A stretch of 64,000 nucleotides of DNA, taken from NCBI GenBank assembly GCA_051003195.1, contig JBPCLP010000039.1, positions 1-64,000 on the forward strand. The letters run 5' to 3'. Positions 45,468-56,201 of this stretch are shown here, in pieces. The DNA is from Candidatus Sumerlaeaceae bacterium. Lineage in GTDB: Bacteria; Sumerlaeota; Sumerlaeia; Sumerlaeales; Sumerlaeaceae. Both the position numbers and the translations under genes were made by a program. Each line of letters begins with the position of its first letter. Positions within the stretch are counted from its first letter, which is position 1. The notes under the pieces are model-generated. The model was not told the DNA's origin. It saw only the letters and a program-made list of their open reading frames with translations, and searched no databases.

Positions 45468-47156
45468 ATGCGCACGCGTCTCGTGGAACAGCGACCGACT
45501 CTGCCCTATCTGCTCGGAGTTATCCTGGCCTTCACCTGCATTGCCGCGAGCCGGTGCGTGTGGTTCACAGAGATGGACTTTTTTATGCACCACCGGGTGG
45601 GACGATGGATATGGGAGCATCGCGCCGTGCCACACCAGGATTATTTCTGTTTCATGACACTCGGCAACCCGTGGATCGCGTACGAGTGGCTGTTCGAACT
45701 TATGCAGTACCTCGTGCAGCATTGGTTGGGTTGGAGCGCACTGGCCATCATCCGGGTCCTTGCTGCCACACTTACTTACGTTCTTGTGTGGCGCACAGCA
45801 CGGCTGCTCGGTGTCGGTCGCGCCTTCTCGCTCGTTGCCCCGGTCGTAGCCGCGGCATTCGGCATGGTGAACATCGAATTTCGCCCGCATGCCGCAACCA
45901 ATCTCCTGTTCGCCGCCGGTATGTACCTGGTGATTCGGAGCATGGTCACTGGCAAAGCGCGCCACTTGCTGTTTCTTCCCCCGATGCTGGCGCTGTGGGC
46001 AAATATGCACGGGGGTTTTGTGGCGTTTCTTGCATCCGCAGGCCTGATGTTCGGGGGCGAGGCGGCCCGCCGATGGTGGTCCGTGCCGGATCCCGTGTAC
46101 CCGGCCCCCTCACGCCGGTTGCTGCTGCGTTGTTTTGGCGCGCTGGCGCTCGCGGTAATGATGACCGGCGTCACACCTTACCTTTGGCGCGTATGGGAAG
46201 TTCCGTTGCGGATTCTTTCGCACAAAGAGATGTCGGGCGTCCTGGAATGGCAGGCAATCCGCCTCGATCGACACCTGCCTTTCGTATTTTTCGTCGCGCT
46301 GACGCTTGCGCTCGCTTTGGCGAATTGGCGCCGCTTGCATCCTGGGCATGCCCTGCTATTGGCAGCATGGGCGATTCTCAGTTGTACCGCGCAACGTCAC
46401 ACCGGCCTGTTCGCGATTGTTGCGGCGCCGCTGGCTTGCATGTACGCGGAAAGCGTAGCGCAGAGGATCGCTCCGGCGGCTCGGCTCCGAACGGGCGGGT
46501 TGCTTGCAGCGCTTCTTGTCGTGATCGCGCTTGGGCAGGCCTGGATCTATAACCGCGTAGACGGTTACCCGATTCCCAAATCGCTCGGGCTTGGAATGCA
46601 TCCCACAGCGACAGCTCGCAAAGCCTGCGAGTTCATACGACGCGAGCATCTACCGGTACAACTGTATAACGACTATAACCTCGCAGGATACCTGATCTAC
46701 TGGCTCCATCCCGATTACCTGGTTTTCCAGGACAGCCGACTGGAAGTCGTGGGCGAGAAGTTATTCCGGCTGGGCCAGCATGTCGAAGGCGGAGCGTTTC
46801 CGTTGTGGCGCGAGACTCTTGATAAGCACGGCATCAACACCCTGGTTGTGTCTTATGAGTCGGGAGACAAACCCGACAGCCTTGTGGCGCAGCTCGATGC
46901 GTCTGCGGATTTCGCACTGGTTTACTGGGACGACCAATGCCTGGTGTATCTGCGAAAGCTGGCCGTCGCAAACGAGCTGGTGGAGCGACTGGCGTATCGG
47001 GCCGTGAAGCCGGGCCAACCTACATTTCGCGGGCCCCAGGACGTTGCCGGCATGCAGGCTGCACTTGCGGAGGTGCGACGGAAACGACACGAAGACCCGG
47101 CGTGTCGCTGGGCCGCACGTCTGGAAGGGTACTATGTAAACCGGCCGGGGATGTAA
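45468..47156 (+). CDS. Multi-pass membrane protein, GT-C-like glycosyltransferase candidate
   Basis: EMDFFMHHRVGRWIW, WIAYEWL, RPH, LWANMHGG, EWQ, YN..GYLIY, FQDSRLE. Start is uncertain (45411 or 45468). Confidence 0.7.
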   Translation: MRTRLVEQRPTLPYLLGVILAFTCIAASRCVWFTEMDFFMHHRVGRWIWEHRAVPHQDYFCFMTLGNPWIAYEWLFELMQYLVQHWLGWSALAIIRVLAATLTYVLVWRTARLLGVGRAFSLVAPVVAAAFGMVNIEFRPHAATNLLFAAGMYLVIRSMVTGKARHLLFLPPMLALWANMHGGFVAFLASAGLMFGGEAARRWWSVPDPVYPAPSRRLLLRCFGALALAVMMTGVTPYLWRVWEVPLRILSHKEMSGVLEWQAIRLDRHLPFVFFVALTLALALANWRRLHPGHALLLAAWAILSCTAQRHTGLFAIVAAPLACMYAESVAQRIAPAARLRTGGLLAALLVVIALGQAWIYNRVDGYPIPKSLGLGMHPTATARKACEFIRREHLPVQLYNDYNLAGYLIYWLHPDYLVFQDSRLEVVGEKLFRLGQHVEGGAFPLWRETLDKHGINTLVVSYESGDKPDSLVAQLDASADFALVYWDDQCLVYLRKLAVANELVERLAYRAVKPGQPTFRGPQDVAGMQAALAEVRRKRHEDPACRWAARLEGYYVNRPGM

Positions 47157-47191
47157 GGCTGCTCAAGGTTTTCAAAGCCCTCTCAGAGGCG

Positions 47192-48262
47192 CTATCGCCT
47201 TGGCAATCGCTCTTCTACTTTCGGCAGTTCGGGAAATGTTCCGTGCGGTTCGACCTGGTACCAGAACCCCACGCTCGACCAGTCGTCGAAGCGATTGTTG
47301 TCGTGGCCATGTTCAATCGTAACCCGAATAGACTTTGTAAACGTGACGGGACTTTCGAGGTGGAAGCGGTAGGCAGTCCATTCCCCACCCCAGTCGGTTG
47401 TATTTCCTGCCAGCGAGATGCCATGGAACAGGCCGTCGTATTTTCCTGAAGGAAACCCCCACGCGGCGCACACGTAGTCTTCGGTTCCAGTGCCGTGCAG
47501 CGCAGGCGGCCACTTTTCGCCATCGACAAAAATCATGTCGTCGCCTTCACCGAACCACGAGTGGACGATATCGTTGAACATCACGTTGCGGATGGAAAGC
47601 ACTGTTCCCACGTAGTGGCCGCGTCCCTCCGCTTCGAAGACCACGTAGTTTTCGGCACCGGTGGTATTCTTCTGGTCGACGAATGTGCTGTGCGCGTTCA
47701 TGTGCCAGGTTTCATAACCCTTGGTCGGCTTCTCCTGGCGATACTGGGCGTGCAGGTACGCGGTGTCATCCGCAAGCTTGTCATGCTCTTCATAGTCGAT
47801 GTAGTAATAAAAGCTCTGCACGGCCTCCGAGCTCTCGTTTACCAGTTCAAATCGAGCGGCTTTGCGAAACGGCATGGGGAAGAAGCAGTTCATCGCTGCG
47901 CGATTGGACTCCTGGGTTGATCCGCCGGTGACCTGGTTCAGCGGAAGCGATTGAAAGGGGGATACCTTCGCATGGCCGACGCCGAAAAAGTCGCCGAGAG
48001 GTGCCTCGATGCTTGGTGTTTTCTCGTTATCCCAGAACACACGCAGCACGAGTGTGCGCGGATAGTTCACGTCCTTGCAGTGCGTTGTGCACCAGATGTG
48101 CTTCACAATGCCTGCGCCTTTGATGTCGGCAAGAGTGACGCTCTGGCCCGGATCGAGAACAACCCAGTCGTGGTTGCCGCCGCTGCGGTCGTAACTGGAT
48201 ACGCGTCGGCTGCGGTACGTACGTAAGCGCGGCAACGATGCCAGAAGGTCTTCAGGGTTCAT
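47192..48262 (-). CDS. DUF2961 / GH172 glycoside hydrolase
   Basis: SSYDRSGGNHD, PLGDFFG, FPMPF, WFGEGDD and GTGTEDY catalytic-type motifs; no signal peptide. Confidence 0.9.
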   Translation of the reverse strand: MNPEDLLASLPRLRTYRSRRVSSYDRSGGNHDWVVLDPGQSVTLADIKGAGIVKHIWCTTHCKDVNYPRTLVLRVFWDNEKTPSIEAPLGDFFGVGHAKVSPFQSLPLNQVTGGSTQESNRAAMNCFFPMPFRKAARFELVNESSEAVQSFYYYIDYEEHDKLADDTAYLHAQYRQEKPTKGYETWHMNAHSTFVDQKNTTGAENYVVFEAEGRGHYVGTVLSIRNVMFNDIVHSWFGEGDDMIFVDGEKWPPALHGTGTEDYVCAAWGFPSGKYDGLFHGISLAGNTTDWGGEWTAYRFHLESPVTFTKSIRVTIEHGHDNNRFDDWSSVGFWYQVEPHGTFPELPKVEERLPRR

Positions 48263-48342
48263 GAGATACCTGTATGAATAGAATGTGTTGCAGACGTGCC
48301 ACCGGGATCATGCAGGGCAAGCGCAATGCGACCGCCGTTACT

Positions 48343-49566
48343 TCAGCGAACACTCGTCAGCAGCATTCCCTGCCCGGCAGCGAGCCATACGTTTTCACCA
48401 GCCCATGGCTGTACCGCACCCGAATACGCGCTCACCATTTCCACGGCACCCGGCGACTTGAATGCCACACCAAAAGACGTAGACTTATGCAGGTCGCAAT
48501 TAACGACCATCGCATACACACGCCCTTCCCCCTCGAACTCTCCCACGAGAAACTGTCCGCCGGTAACGTCGGACACGTACTTTGATGTGGCGATTCCATT
48601 GCAGCCCTCCGGCACCTTGGGATGATGGAAGACATTTACGCTCTTCAATTTGACCAGGGTTGGCGCAAGCTGGTGGATCTGCAGGTTTACATTTCGCAGC
48701 ATGTCCCACGTCGCGGTGCGGTGGCCAAATTGATCGATGGGCGCGAGGCGGTAATTACCCGTGGCCGGCGCGAAGTAGGTAAAGTAACTGATGCCTCGCG
48801 CGCCGTAGGCCATCGTCGTGTAAGCCTGGAATCGCAGCCCGCCCGGCGAAGGTTCTGCATAGTTAAAATGCGCGTTGGAGAGAACGATGTTCCAGAAGGG
48901 CAGGTTGTGGCGAACGGCTGAAGCACGAACAGCTTCGAGGTTCTGGAAGTAGCCAGGCCGCAGGGAACCATCGTCCACCAGCGAGTAGTTGTCATAGCTC
49001 AGGAAACTCGGTTTTGTCTCGGAAACGAAACTTTCCAGGTACTCCTCGTATGTTGGACGCCCCAATTGTCCGGCTGAAGCATAGTTGGGAAACAGGTTGA
49101 TGTAAGGAAGCGCCTTGGGAGCGGCTTTACGGATCTCCGCAGCCCATCTGCCCAGGGCGGGATATAAGTCCGCCTTCGGTTCGTCGCGCAGATAGTAGCC
49201 GTAGGTTGCGGCATGATCCTTCGTACGCGCAGTGAGCGCCGTGGTTCGGGATGTGATTTCTTCCTCAGTTAATCCCGCCATGCCGTCCCCTACATGGATG
49301 GAGTCATCGATCACGATCGCCTTCAGGCCGGCGGCATGAACCGCGTCGAGCTTTTCAGGGTGCACGAATCCGGCCAGGTTGAACCCGCACTCCCGGATCT
49401 CGCGGTATGTCGACACTTCACCGTGGGTTGTTCCCCAGGGCAGAATCGCGAATTCTTCGGGCGTGACACGTTTGCCGCTGCCGCTATTCTGTACGGTCTG
49501 CGCTGAGGCTGCGGAAACAATGCATGCCGCAATGCATACCAACCCTGTTTTTTGGAAACCTGCCAT
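48343..49566 (-). CDS. Secreted glycoside hydrolase-like TIM-barrel protein
   Basis: Signal peptide; ECGFNL, GYYLRDEP, YINLFPNY, LSYDNY, AYGARGISYFTY. Confidence 0.65.
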   Translation of the reverse strand: MAGFQKTGLVCIAACIVSAASAQTVQNSGSGKRVTPEEFAILPWGTTHGEVSTYREIRECGFNLAGFVHPEKLDAVHAAGLKAIVIDDSIHVGDGMAGLTEEEITSRTTALTARTKDHAATYGYYLRDEPKADLYPALGRWAAEIRKAAPKALPYINLFPNYASAGQLGRPTYEEYLESFVSETKPSFLSYDNYSLVDDGSLRPGYFQNLEAVRASAVRHNLPFWNIVLSNAHFNYAEPSPGGLRFQAYTTMAYGARGISYFTYFAPATGNYRLAPIDQFGHRTATWDMLRNVNLQIHQLAPTLVKLKSVNVFHHPKVPEGCNGIATSKYVSDVTGGQFLVGEFEGEGRVYAMVVNCDLHKSTSFGVAFKSPGAVEMVSAYSGAVQPWAGENVWLAAGQGMLLTSVR

Positions 49567-49705
49567 TGGAACCTCCCATGGTGCAAAGCTGGTCTAACTT
49601 CTGTTTTCATAGTCCTTCAAGGTGTGCCATGCCTCTTCAGGCCTTAAACCTGCTTTTACAGGGCAAAACACACGGATCGCTATATAACACTTAAACAGGT
49701 GCTAC

Positions 49706-52366
49706 ATGTCCCGTTTATTGAAAAAGCAAGGCTTACTACTTAAAATATCTCAAACTGCAATATTGGGCTTAGCGCTCGTGGCAGGGAGCACGCTCCAGGC
49801 TGCACCCCAGGCTACATTGTTGCAGGAGTACCTTGATCCCGTCCAGCAGAACGCCGCGGAGTTCGGATTCTCAGTTGCGGGTTATGGAAACCAGCCACTC
49901 GTGGGCAGCCCAGGCACAAACGCAGGGGGTGCGGCGTACCTTTACGATGCGGGACTCTCTGCCACCCCGGTTAAGACGCTGCTTCCGCCGGGCTCTTTTA
50001 TCGCGAATGATTTTGGCCGTGCTGTCGCGAGTTCCAATTTTCAAATTCTGATTGCCGACCCTGCCGCGGGTCCGCTGTCGGGCAGCGGGGGAGTTACCAC
50101 CGGTCCACTCGATGCAACACCTTATAATTTTCGCGGAGTCGTGGTGCATTACCTTAACTCGCTCGATACTTCACCCCGTGTTCTCGTAAACCCCCTGGTT
50201 GGCCCGGTTACTGGCTTTGGAAACGCGCTCGCGTTCGGTCACGGTGGCCAGTTCGCGGTCGGCGATCCATTTTTAACGACGGCATCGCTATCGCAATCAG
50301 GCCGAGCGTACTTGTACAATAGCCAGAATACTTCCCCGACGGCGATTATTGAGAATCCCGTACCTGCATCACAGGCGCGTTACGGTAAATCACTGGCCTT
50401 CTACAGTGATGGACCGGCTGTCGCGTTTCCGCCGGATACCGAGACGAGTTACCAGGGCGCGCTTGTCGTAGGTGCCCCCGGGCTCGATGCGGTGTTTCAA
50501 TATAACCCCGAGACTGGCGATTTGCTGAGCATTATCGAGAGTCCGAACACCTCCCACGAGAGCTTCGGTTTCTCGATGACCACGGTGGATCAGCGGCTGA
50601 TCGTCGGTGCACCGGAAGCTGGGAACCTGGCCGGCAGGGTTTATATTTTCGACCGGTTCAGCGGAACACTTCTGCGTACGATTTTCAATCCAAACTCCGC
50701 GACTGAGCGCTTCTTCGGTTATTCCCTCGCCATGATCGGCAGCACGCAGCTCGCAGTCGGCATAGAGCCAAGAGGCACGGGGCCGGCAAAGGTGCGTGTA
50801 TTTAACATCAACACCGGTGCAGCGGTTGCCGAACTGACGTCACCCCATACACTACGCACTAAGTACGGCACCGCCGTCGCAGCCGTGGGCGGTAATGTTC
50901 TCGTTGGCGATCCTGCAGGCGCCAAGGATGCACCATCCGGCGTTCCGGGTCGAGCATACCTGTTCAGCCTTGCCGGCGACAGCACCGTTGCGCCAGATGC
51001 TCCTTTAAATCTCACTGCAAGCCCGGTGAACTCCACCTCGATTTTTCTCACGTACCAGGACAACAGTTTGAACGAGACTGGATTTACACTTGAGCGGCGG
51101 ACCGGCGCCGTCGGCGCCTTCAGTCCGGTTGCGACGCTCCCGGCAAACAGCAGCAGTTACACAGACAATAACCTGACACCGGCCACTGAGTACTGGTACC
51201 GGCTCCAGGCATTTAACCTCGCGGGGGCCAGTCCGTACTCAAACGAAACGAGTGCAACGACGCCAAGTACTCCGCCGCCGGATCTGGTTGGCCAGATTCC
51301 GAATCCCGGTGGCATTGGTGACCTGTTTGGCTTCTCGATTTCGAAAGTCGGAAAAGCGCGTTTCGCCGTTGGCGCGCCCGGAGTGGATGCGAACGCTGTC
51401 GCAAACGCCGGACGTGTGTACGTGTTTACGCCGCCGTCACTCGCGCCGACGCTTGTCCTCAATAATCCAAATCCGCTGCCGAACGATCAATTCGGTTACT
51501 CAGTGGGTGCCGTCGGTGAGAACATTTTGGTGGGTGCGCCTGGTAATCAGAACACAGTCAATGGAGGCACAGCTTACCTGTTCAGCGGGATCGACGGGCA
51601 GGTGTTATTCACGTATCACCATCCCGCTGCATCGGCCGGGCGGCAATTTGGTTACTCGGTTGCCGGTTACGGCAAAAAGCGGGCGCTGATTGGTGCTCCC
51701 GGGGGCGGCCCGCTTTCGCTTCCTGGTTCGGCTCACCTGTTTGATGCAAAGAAGACCGCTGCGTTGCTTCGCAGCTTCGATAGTGCTACGTCCTCACCCG
51801 GTGATCGTTTTGGCGACTCGGTTGCCGCTGCCAAAGGCCGTGCTGCAATAGTTTCGAAAGACCCGCCTGGGCAACCTTGCACAAACACCAGCATCGAAGT
51901 CTTCACGCTCAAGACTGGTGCACTCGTCGGGACGCGGGGTGATGCGGGTGTTGTCACTGAAGCGAAGGGGAAATTTTTAGTGGGAGCTCCGTTTATTGGA
52001 TGCGCAACGGGCGATCCCTATTCGTACCTCCTTAGCGGCACAACGTTAAAACTACTCTATCTAAACCCGACATCGCAACCCGACGGCTTTGGACTGGGTG
52101 TTGGCGGCGGCAAGAAGTTCAATGCCATCGGCGCCGCATTGTTTGACAGCAACAGCGCACTCGATGCCGGACGTGCTTACCTGTTCAAATCGAAGCTGCA
52201 GGCCCCACTCCGTACCTATGAGAATCCGTCCCCCAATGCAGGCGATCAATTCGGTTACGCGCTGGCGCTTCCCGGAAAATTGTTCCTCGTGATCGGTTCA
52301 CCGTACGACGACGGTTCAGGTTTGGATGCAGGTGCCGTCTACCTCTACAGTGTGCCCAGGAGGTAG
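49706..52366 (+). CDS. Secreted FG-GAP repeat protein (two propellers separated by FN3)
   Basis: Many FG.SV...VGAP...G..Y.F repeats; central FN3 (APLNLTA...DNSLNETGFTLER...YWYRLQAFN). Confidence 0.9.
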   Translation: MSRLLKKQGLLLKISQTAILGLALVAGSTLQAAPQATLLQEYLDPVQQNAAEFGFSVAGYGNQPLVGSPGTNAGGAAYLYDAGLSATPVKTLLPPGSFIANDFGRAVASSNFQILIADPAAGPLSGSGGVTTGPLDATPYNFRGVVVHYLNSLDTSPRVLVNPLVGPVTGFGNALAFGHGGQFAVGDPFLTTASLSQSGRAYLYNSQNTSPTAIIENPVPASQARYGKSLAFYSDGPAVAFPPDTETSYQGALVVGAPGLDAVFQYNPETGDLLSIIESPNTSHESFGFSMTTVDQRLIVGAPEAGNLAGRVYIFDRFSGTLLRTIFNPNSATERFFGYSLAMIGSTQLAVGIEPRGTGPAKVRVFNINTGAAVAELTSPHTLRTKYGTAVAAVGGNVLVGDPAGAKDAPSGVPGRAYLFSLAGDSTVAPDAPLNLTASPVNSTSIFLTYQDNSLNETGFTLERRTGAVGAFSPVATLPANSSSYTDNNLTPATEYWYRLQAFNLAGASPYSNETSATTPSTPPPDLVGQIPNPGGIGDLFGFSISKVGKARFAVGAPGVDANAVANAGRVYVFTPPSLAPTLVLNNPNPLPNDQFGYSVGAVGENILVGAPGNQNTVNGGTAYLFSGIDGQVLFTYHHPAASAGRQFGYSVAGYGKKRALIGAPGGGPLSLPGSAHLFDAKKTAALLRSFDSATSSPGDRFGDSVAAAKGRAAIVSKDPPGQPCTNTSIEVFTLKTGALVGTRGDAGVVTEAKGKFLVGAPFIGCATGDPYSYLLSGTTLKLLYLNPTSQPDGFGLGVGGGKKFNAIGAALFDSNSALDAGRAYLFKSKLQAPLRTYENPSPNAGDQFGYALALPGKLFLVIGSPYDDGSGLDAGAVYLYSVPRR

Positions 52367-52447
52367 CTGTAGAAAACGTGTTTGTCGGGCAGCATTCGAA
52401 CCTCCCTTTTCTTTTGCATCGCCCGCGTGGTTGATCCGCTCTCGCGC

Positions 52448-53917
52448 ATGCACCTGCAACGTGTAGTCCTCACATTAGGAGTGCTATTCATGAGCGCGGC
52501 CAAGGCACACACTAGCACAACGGAAGACGCGACAAGTAGCGTGCCGGCATACCTCGTGAACTCGTCGATGCCATCTGCATTACGCGAACTGGAGTCGCGT
52601 GGTGATTTCAAAGCGGCTGAATCGTGGCTCGACGAGCAAAGCACCTCCGCTTCAGGCGATCTAAAGAAACATTATACGTCCGAGCGCGAGCGGCTCCGGC
52701 GTGTGCAGCGAGACTACAGTGCGACCGTCGAAGACGTGCTGAAAAAGCTGCGCAAAGAGATACCGAAGGTCACGACCCGCGACCTGGACCTGTGGCGGCA
52801 AGAGGGTGCGATCCAGTGGATTCCGGTAAACGGCGAGCCGCGCTATTTCCGCCGGGAACCAGGCAACCTTCTGCGGTTCAATAAGCGTGCACAGGCGATG
52901 CAGAAGTCAGCGAAAAAGAAGGCGCCTGCCAGGGACGATCCAGCGGGCACGTCAAAGAAGTTCGACCTGGATCCGCATCTCCTGAAAGTGATCGACGCGG
53001 CGCGCGAGAAGAAGACCACCGAGGTGCTGCCAATTACGTTTCACGTGCGGCACACTATTGCCGTCAAACCCGATGTGGTGCCGCCGGGAGAAACAATCCG
53101 CTGCTGGTTCCCCTATCCTCAGAACTATCGCCAGCAGCACGAGCCCGTGCTTCGCACAACAGCAACTGTGAGAATATCTGCCCCGGGCACCCTGATGCGC
53201 ACTGCGTACATGGAACAGCCTGCAAACAAGGCCGGAGAACCGACCACATTCACACTCGAGTACGAGTATCGCACGGCTGCGTATTATCCCGACTTGAAGA
53301 AACCTGCAAAGCATCCGCTGCCGGATGCTGCCGTCGGGTTCCTCGAAGAGCAGCCGCCGCACATCGTTTTCACACCCGAAATACGCGCGTTGGCTCAGGA
53401 CATCGTCGGTTCGGAATCGAAGTCCCTGGCGAAAGCGTATAAAATCTGGAGTTGGCTCGACCTCAATATAAAGTGGGCAGCCGAGATGGAATATGGGACG
53501 ATGCCGAACATCGTGCAGAAGGTGTGTAAGCGGGGGGACTGCGGAACGCAGGCGCTTCTCTTCGTTGCATTATGCAGGGTCAGTGGAGTGCCCGCCCGCT
53601 GGCAAAGCGGCTGGGTCACAAAGCCGAAGGCGTGGAACATGCACGACTGGGCTGAGTTTCATACGCTGGAATTCGGATGGTTACCGGCAGATCCGTCGGT
53701 CGGTCGGCGAAAAAGCAAAAAGCTCACGCTGCGCGATTTCATGTTCTGCCATCTGGATGCGTACCGAATGATCGCAAACCTGGACTGGGGGCAACCTTTC
53801 GATCCTCCGAAACAATTCGACCGCAGCGATCCTGTCGATAATCAGCGTGGTGAGGTCGAGTGGTCAGGCGGCAATCTCTACTACGACGATTGGACCTACG
53901 ACGTGGAGGTTCGGTGA
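52448..53917 (+). CDS. Secreted transglutaminase-like (TGc) protein
   Basis: GDCG, GVPARWQSGW, HDWAEF and GWLPAD give a Cys-His-Asp triad; signal peptide. Confidence 0.85.
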   Translation: MHLQRVVLTLGVLFMSAAKAHTSTTEDATSSVPAYLVNSSMPSALRELESRGDFKAAESWLDEQSTSASGDLKKHYTSERERLRRVQRDYSATVEDVLKKLRKEIPKVTTRDLDLWRQEGAIQWIPVNGEPRYFRREPGNLLRFNKRAQAMQKSAKKKAPARDDPAGTSKKFDLDPHLLKVIDAAREKKTTEVLPITFHVRHTIAVKPDVVPPGETIRCWFPYPQNYRQQHEPVLRTTATVRISAPGTLMRTAYMEQPANKAGEPTTFTLEYEYRTAAYYPDLKKPAKHPLPDAAVGFLEEQPPHIVFTPEIRALAQDIVGSESKSLAKAYKIWSWLDLNIKWAAEMEYGTMPNIVQKVCKRGDCGTQALLFVALCRVSGVPARWQSGWVTKPKAWNMHDWAEFHTLEFGWLPADPSVGRRKSKKLTLRDFMFCHLDAYRMIANLDWGQPFDPPKQFDRSDPVDNQRGEVEWSGGNLYYDDWTYDVEVR

Positions 53918-53925
53918 CGCAGGAG

Positions 53926-54936
53926 TTAAAGCTTCACCTGGTTTTCAATCGGCACGGCCCCGTCTTTTTCGAAAGCGATTAAGTTGCCGATGGTAACCTC
54001 TGCAATCCGCTGCAGAGCTTCCCGGGTGAAGAAGGCCTGGTGTCCCGTGACGATCACATTCGAGAAAGTAAGCAGCCGGGCGAACACATCGTCCTGCAGC
54101 AGCAGCCCGGAGCGGTCCTCAAAGAAGAGATCGCCTTCTTCCTCATAAACGTCCAGCCCAAGGTAACCAATACGCCCCGCTTTCAGCGCCTTGAGCACCG
54201 CCCGTGTATCCAGTAATCCGCCCCTGCTGGTGTTGATGAGCATGACACCGTGCTTCATCGTGGCGAGAGTGTCGGCATTGATCAGGTGGTGCGTTTCGGA
54301 AGTGAGCGGGCAATGCAGCGTGACGATGTCAGAATCTCGGAGCAGCGACGCCAAGTCCACGTACTTCACTCCGGCCTGCTCCAGATCGGCTGCAATGTAC
54401 AGGTCGTGCGCCAGCACGCGGCACCCAAACCCCAGGAGAATCCGTGCGGTTTGCGCTCCAATTTGTCCGGTGCCAACCACTCCCACGGTTCGCTGGTACA
54501 TGTCAAAACCAAGCAGGCCTTCCAGTGCGAAGTTGCGTTCCCGCACGCGATTGTATGCGCGGTGAATCTGACGATTTAGTGCAAGCATCAGCCCGACGGT
54601 GTGTTCGGCAACTGCGTAGGGCGAATACCTTGGCACCCGCGCTATGGAAAGACCAAGCGACGCTGCGGCTTTTAGATCCACGTTGTTGAACCCCGCGCAT
54701 CTAAGCGCGATAAGACGGACTCCATTGCCGGCAAGAACGCGTAGCGTTTGCTCGTCGGCGACATCGTTTACAAAGATGCAGATGGCATCCCGTCCCGTGG
54801 CCAGAAGGGCGGTTTGCGCGTCGAGACGCGCTTCCAGGTACTCGAAAGCCAGTTGCCCTGGAGTGGCCCCTGCAGGGTTCTGTTCATCGAGAAACTTTTT
54901 ATCGTAAGGCTTGGTGCTGTAGACCGCTACCCGCAA
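53926..54936 (-). CDS. ldhA: D-lactate dehydrogenase (D-2-hydroxyacid dehydrogenase)
   Basis: [44 protein letters not shown]. Confidence 0.9.
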   Translation of the reverse strand: MRVAVYSTKPYDKKFLDEQNPAGATPGQLAFEYLEARLDAQTALLATGRDAICIFVNDVADEQTLRVLAGNGVRLIALRCAGFNNVDLKAAASLGLSIARVPRYSPYAVAEHTVGLMLALNRQIHRAYNRVRERNFALEGLLGFDMYQRTVGVVGTGQIGAQTARILLGFGCRVLAHDLYIAADLEQAGVKYVDLASLLRDSDIVTLHCPLTSETHHLINADTLATMKHGVMLINTSRGGLLDTRAVLKALKAGRIGYLGLDVYEEEGDLFFEDRSGLLLQDDVFARLLTFSNVIVTGHQAFFTREALQRIAEVTIGNLIAFEKDGAVPIENQVKL

Positions 54937-54945
54937 TGCCCGAAT

Positions 54946-55482
54946 CTAGCGCGTGTATTTCGAGAAGATACGGATGTACTCGCTGCCAAACGTCACGCGC
55001 GTGATGTTGTCAAAGCTCACCAGGCTCGGAATCTGGTCCCACCGCCCGCTGGCATCGAAGTGGTGAATCGATAACGACTTCTTCCCGACACGTACGAGCC
55101 GCCCAATATAGAAGAACTCAGAGTCTTCAATTTCGCCTTCAAGGATCATGTTCTGTTCGACACCGACCAGGTCGGCGAACATATCCTGCGTGCTGTCCAG
55201 TCGAAGAGGAAAGGTGAGCTGAGCAGCTGCGCGCACGCCCTCTTTCCGAAGTATGGCTTCGAGAATCCGCTCATAACGGCCGCGGCGTACGCTTTCAACG
55301 TCCGCTCGCCGTATCGCGCAGTGGCCATTCAAGTGAAAATCACTGACCTCGTTGACGAGAATCCATTCGTCTCCTGCTTCAAGCAGGTAACCCTTAACGT
55401 CTGCTCCTTCGTCAATTAACGGCCGTTCCAGGTGCACCAGCCGTCGCTGCGCGCACAACTGTTCAAGCTTATCTAATTCCAT
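54946..55482 (-). CDS. Hypothetical protein with two tandem small beta-barrel (Sm-like) units
   Basis: ATG at 55482 (MELDKL); two similar segments, KGYLLEAGDEWILV... and IGRLVRVGKKSLSI... Confidence 0.65.
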   Translation of the reverse strand: MELDKLEQLCAQRRLVHLERPLIDEGADVKGYLLEAGDEWILVNEVSDFHLNGHCAIRRADVESVRRGRYERILEAILRKEGVRAAAQLTFPLRLDSTQDMFADLVGVEQNMILEGEIEDSEFFYIGRLVRVGKKSLSIHHFDASGRWDQIPSLVSFDNITRVTFGSEYIRIFSKYTR

Positions 55483-55610
55483 AGGGGAATTAGCTATAGC
55501 CAAGCGACCCGAAAAATGCAAAAGATGATCCGGGTATTTGCTCCAGCGGTGCCCTCACCGCACCCAAAACGAGGTGAGCGCGTCCGCCTCAGCAAGTGGG
55601 TGGGAGCGAG

Positions 55611-55817
55611 CTACTGGCCGGGCCGCTGGACGTTGGTTGCCTGTAACCCCTTGCCGCTGTTCACCACTTCGAACGTAACCTGCTCGCCCTCGGTCAGGCT
55701 TTTGAACCCCTGTCCTTCGATGGCGCTGTGATGCACGAAAAGATCCGGGCCGTTTTCCTGTGTGATAAAGCCATAGCCCTTTGCATCATTGAACCATTTC
55801 ACCGTGCCATTCGGCAT
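55611..55817 (-). CDS. csp: Cold-shock protein
   Basis: [18 protein letters not shown] (RNP1) and LFVHHSAI (RNP2); 68 aa from ATG 55817 with GGAG RBS. Confidence 0.97.
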   Translation of the reverse strand: MPNGTVKWFNDAKGYGFITQENGPDLFVHHSAIEGQGFKSLTEGEQVTFEVVNSGKGLQATNVQRPGQ

Positions 55818-56072
55818 GTGCTTTCTCCCGTTGCGGTCAAAGCCGCTCAAAAATTGAGAAGAAATGAAGCAGCGCGCTGCCCGGATTCCTGCTTCAAACC
55901 GGCCAGCTTGTACGTGGTTCAGTTGCGCTGCGAATACCCGAGCGGGCCCGCCGCCAATACCCCGACGCATTTCCTCTCGTTATGAGAAGAAACCCGACAA
56001 CACCTGATCGGAATGCACAAGTGGAAAGTTATTCGGTTCAGCCGTTTGCGGTTCGTTTTCCATCGGTCAACA

Positions 56073-56088
56073 TGGCACAGCCGTTGCT
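56073..56088 (+). promoter_or_regulatory. Putative sigma-54 promoter
   Basis: TGGCACAGCCGTTGCT is an exact TGGCAC-N5-TTGC match, about 115 bp upstream of the AI-2E gene. Confidence 0.7.
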
Positions 56089-56201
56089 CCCCAATATCCG
56101 CGTGTTATCAGTTTAATGCCCATCTGGGGCAAGTCATAGCCGCAGATGATACGGTTGCTTTCACCAGGTCCCGATTATAGGAGTTCCGAAATCCAGCAGT
56201 C

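Noticed and set aside
45554..46552. 332-aa alternate-frame ORF
   Set aside because: Arg/Gly/Ala-rich off-frame translation inside the membrane protein gene.
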